A stretch of DNA of 18,069 bases from a virus. Its lineage: Duplodnaviria; Heunggongvirae; Uroviricota; Caudoviricetes. Every line of letters starts with the position of its first letter. Position 1 is the stretch's first letter. The position numbers were made by a program, and so were the translations under genes. The notes below the pieces were generated by a model. The model worked only from the letters and a program-made list of their open reading frames with translations, ran no database searches and was not told the origin of the DNA. The DNA lies in the IMG/VR virus record IMGVR_UViG_2675903352_000005, one strand, 5' to 3'. Shown here piece after piece: positions 15,023 to 18,069 of the stretch.

Positions 15023-18000
15023 TTTGGGGATTGATGCGGCAGAGTTTAAAAATGAAATTCCCCGTATCAAAAACCTTCTGAATGGTGCAGCCAGCGATGC
15101 AGAACGGTCTTCTGCCCGTATGCAGCGTTTTATGGAGCGTCAGACTCAGGCCGCCCGGCAGACAACGCAGGCGGCGTCTTCGGCTGCAACAGCCGCATCC
15201 GTCCATGCGCAGACGGTGGAGAAGAACGCACAGGCTCATGAACGCATGGCCCGCGAGGTGGAGCAAACCCGCCAGCGTATGGAGGCACTGAGCCAGAAAA
15301 TGCGCGAGGAACAGGCGCAGGCCATGGCTCTGGCGGAGGCTCAGGATAAAGCGGCTGCTGCGTTTTATCGTCAGATTGACAGTGTGAAACAGGCCAGGGC
15401 GGGGCTGCAGGAATTACAGCGTATTCAGCAGCAGATCCGACAGGCCAGAAACAGTGGCGGGATTGGCCAGCAGGATTATCTGGCGCTGATTTCTGAGGTT
15501 ACTGCGAAAACCCGTGTTCTTACACAGGCTGAGGAAGAGGCTACCCGACAGAAAGTGGCGTTTATCCGTCAGCTTAAAGAGCAGGCAACCCGCCAGAATC
15601 TTTCATCTTCTGAGTTGCTTCGTGCTAAGGCAGCCCAGCTGGGGGTAAGCAGTGCTGCAGAAGTGTATATCCGCAAAATGGAGCAGGCAGGAAAAGCCAC
15701 GCATTCGCTGGGTCTGAAAAGTGCAGCAGCCCGCCAGGAGATAGGCGTTCTGATAGGTGAACTGGCCCGCGGCAATTTAGGGGCGCTGAGGGGATCCGGG
15801 ATAACGCTGGCTAACCGTGCCGGATGGATAGACACACTGATGTCACCGAAAGGCATGATGCCAGGAGCGGTTATTGGCGGTATTGCCGCGGCTGTCTATG
15901 GTCTGGGTAAAGCCTGGTATGACGGTCAGAAGGAGGGGGAAGAATTTAACCGCCAGCTGTCGCTGACGGGGCATTATGCCGGAGTCACTGCCGGGCAGCT
16001 GTGGACGCTCAGTCGTGCTATTTCCGGGAATGGTATCACGCAACATGCTGCAGCCGGTGCGCTTGCTCAGGTGGTGGGGAGTGGTGCATTTCGTGGAAAC
16101 GATATCGGTATGGTGGCGAGAGCTGCCGCACAGATGGAGCGATCGGTTGGCCAGTCGGTCAGCGATACCATAAATCAGTTTAAGCGGCTGAAGGATGATC
16201 CTGTAAATGCCGCGAAGTCTCTGGACAATGAGCTGCATTTTCTTACTGCCACTCAGCTTGAGCAGATACGCGTCCTTGGAGAGCAGGGGCGGTCCAGTGA
16301 TGCGGCACGGATAGCCATGTCTGCACTGGCAGAGGAAACCGGTCGGCGTACTGCGGATATTGATAATAACCTCAATGCGCTGGGTAGTACGCTGCAAACC
16401 TTGTCTGACTGGTGGAAGCAGTTCTGGGATGCGGCCATGAATATTGGTCGTGAAGACTCGCTGGATGCGCAGATTGCCACTTTGCAGGAGAAAGTGTCGC
16501 GGGCGAAAAGACTCCCCTGGACGGCATCATCTTCTCAGGTTGAATACGATCAGCAGCGTCTTAACGATCTTCAGGAGAAAAAACGCCAGAAAGATTTGCA
16601 GGATGCAAAAGAGCAGGCAGAGCGGAATTATCAGGAGCAACAGAAACGCCGTAATGCTGAAAATGCTGCACTGAACCGGATGAATGAAACGGAAGCAGCA
16701 CGACATCAGCGTGAAATTGCGCGTATTAATGCCATGCAGTACGCCGATCAGGCTGTCAGGGATGCAGCGATACAACGTGAAAATGAACGTTACGAGAAAG
16801 CCCTGGCATCCGGTAAGAAAAAAACACGCGAAACCCGTAATGATGAGGCCACCCGGTTATTGCTGCAGTACAGTCAGCAACAGGCACAGGTGGAAGGACA
16901 GATTGCTGCTGCAAGACAGTCAGCAGGCATTGCCACTGACAGGATGACAGAAGCGCATAAACAGCTTCTGGCTCTGCAGCAGCGCATCAGCGATCTGGAC
17001 GGGAAAAAACTGACGGCAGATGAAAAGAGTGTGCTGGCCCGTAAAGATGAACTGATTCAGGCACTGACGCTGCTGGATGTAAAACAGCAGGAGCTTCAGA
17101 AACAGACGGCACTCAACGATCTGAAGAAAAAAACAATTCAGCTGACCAGTCAACTGGCTGAAGAAGAGCGCGCTCAGCGTCAGCAACATGACCTGGATAT
17201 CGCCACGGTGGGTATGGGTGATCAGCAGCGGCAGCGATATCAGGTACAACTGAGTCTTCGCCAGAAATACCAGCAACAGCTGGAGCAGTTGAGGCGGGAT
17301 AGTGAGCAGAAAGGGACATATAACACGGATGACTACAGAAAGGCCGAGCAGGCGCTGACGGAGAGCCTGAACCGACAACTGAATGAGAATCGCCGTTACT
17401 GGCAACAGCTTGAAGTTGTGCAGGGTAACTGGAAAAACGGAGTCCTGCGTGCATTTCAGGATTTTACCGTGGATGCAGACAATACGGCAGGAACAGCAGA
17501 ACAGGTGTTCTCGTCAGCCTTCAGCAACATGGGAAATGGCCTGGCAACTTTTGTCACTACCGGCAAACTCAACTTCAAATCCTTCACCTCTTCGGTGCTG
17601 TCAGATATGGCGAAAATTCTGGCGCAGATGGCCATGATGCAGGCGGTGAAGGGGATTGGTTCGGCGTTTGGCTGGGGGAGTGCTGCCGCTGCCAGTGTGA
17701 CGCTCAATGCTGATGGTGGCGTTTATCAGTCGGCTGATTTGAGTCGCTACAGCGGCACGGTGGTTAACCGACCGACGTTTTTTGCTTTTGCAAAAGGCGC
17801 GGGTGTGATGGGGGAAGCGGGACCTGAAGCCATTCTGCCACTGCGCCGTGGTGCTGACGGTAAGCTGGGGGTTGTGGCAAATATTGGTGGTTCAGGTATG
17901 GCGATGTTTGAGCAGAATAACCATGTGGTGATTAACAACGACGGCACGAACGGGCAGATAGGTCCGGCTGCTCTGAAGGCGGTGTATGACATGGCCCGCA

Positions 18001-18068
18001 AGGGTGCCCGTGATGAAATTCAGACACAGATGCGTGATGGTGGCCTGTTCTCCGGAGGTGGACGATGA
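14994..18068 (+). CDS. H: Tail tape measure protein H (1024 aa)
   Basis: GGAGGTG precedes ATG 14994; the track start at 14964 lacks a ribosome-binding site. Long Gln/Ala/Arg/Glu-rich coiled-coil region with a central hydrophobic segment. The C-terminal roughly 50 aa (FEQNNHVVINNDGTNGQIGPAALKAVYDMARKGARDEIQTQMRDGGLFSGGGR) is identical to the lambda H C-terminus as I recall it. The stop overlaps the next gene's ATG (ATGA) at 18065. Confidence 0.9.
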   Translation: MDQIANLVIDLGIDAAEFKNEIPRIKNLLNGAASDAERSSARMQRFMERQTQAARQTTQAASSAATAASVHAQTVEKNAQAHERMAREVEQTRQRMEALSQKMREEQAQAMALAEAQDKAAAAFYRQIDSVKQARAGLQELQRIQQQIRQARNSGGIGQQDYLALISEVTAKTRVLTQAEEEATRQKVAFIRQLKEQATRQNLSSSELLRAKAAQLGVSSAAEVYIRKMEQAGKATHSLGLKSAAARQEIGVLIGELARGNLGALRGSGITLANRAGWIDTLMSPKGMMPGAVIGGIAAAVYGLGKAWYDGQKEGEEFNRQLSLTGHYAGVTAGQLWTLSRAISGNGITQHAAAGALAQVVGSGAFRGNDIGMVARAAAQMERSVGQSVSDTINQFKRLKDDPVNAAKSLDNELHFLTATQLEQIRVLGEQGRSSDAARIAMSALAEETGRRTADIDNNLNALGSTLQTLSDWWKQFWDAAMNIGREDSLDAQIATLQEKVSRAKRLPWTASSSQVEYDQQRLNDLQEKKRQKDLQDAKEQAERNYQEQQKRRNAENAALNRMNETEAARHQREIARINAMQYADQAVRDAAIQRENERYEKALASGKKKTRETRNDEATRLLLQYSQQQAQVEGQIAAARQSAGIATDRMTEAHKQLLALQQRISDLDGKKLTADEKSVLARKDELIQALTLLDVKQQELQKQTALNDLKKKTIQLTSQLAEEERAQRQQHDLDIATVGMGDQQRQRYQVQLSLRQKYQQQLEQLRRDSEQKGTYNTDDYRKAEQALTESLNRQLNENRRYWQQLEVVQGNWKNGVLRAFQDFTVDADNTAGTAEQVFSSAFSNMGNGLATFVTTGKLNFKSFTSSVLSDMAKILAQMAMMQAVKGIGSAFGWGSAAAASVTLNADGGVYQSADLSRYSGTVVNRPTFFAFAKGAGVMGEAGPEAILPLRRGADGKLGVVANIGGSGMAMFEQNNHVVINNDGTNGQIGPAALKAVYDMARKGARDEIQTQMRDGGLFSGGGR

Positions 18069-18069
18069 A

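Noticed and set aside
15082-15291. 69-aa Arg-rich ORF in an alternative frame inside the tape measure gene
   Set aside because: It is embedded in a strongly supported gene, and the Arg/Pro-rich translation is what an off-frame read of Gln/Ala-rich coiled-coil coding sequence produces.
16920-17405. 161-aa minus-strand ORF (and other minus-strand ORFs of 60-180 aa) inside the tape measure gene
   Set aside because: Antisense to a gene whose C-terminus matches lambda H. The low-complexity Leu/Gln-rich translation is typical of the reverse complement of coiled-coil coding sequence.
1-18069. CRISPR arrays, IS elements, integrase or att sites
   Set aside because: No regularly spaced direct repeats, no terminal inverted repeats with a transposase ORF, and no recombinase ORF were seen. 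The window is internal to the prophage late region, so the ends are not expected here.

Overview
All real genes are on the + strand and together form the late region of a lambda-like (lambdoid) prophage of an Enterobacteriaceae host, most likely E. coli or a close relative. The order is: RusA resolvase, a Q-type antiterminator, a pR'-like promoter with a short leader and tR'-like terminator, a small winged-helix ORF, a DNA methyltransferase interrupted by an in-frame TAG, the lysis cassette (holin, lambda-R-like endolysin, Rz with embedded Rz1), two cargo genes where lambda carries bor, a cos-like site, small and large terminase, W-like protein, portal, a protease-scaffold-capsid fusion, two small head proteins, tail genes Z, U, V, G/G-T, and a complete tape measure gene. 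The last 5 nt start the next gene (ATGA overlap, presumably the M homologue). I found no tRNA, rRNA, CRISPR array, IS element or integrase. The most promising candidates for something undescribed are the two cargo loci: the winged-helix ORF plus TAG-interrupted methyltransferase between Q and the lysis genes, and the two-gene, partly AT-rich module between Rz and cos. Everything rests on reading the sequence and on recalled lambda protein sequences and motifs; no database search or folding was run, so all family assignments are provisional.
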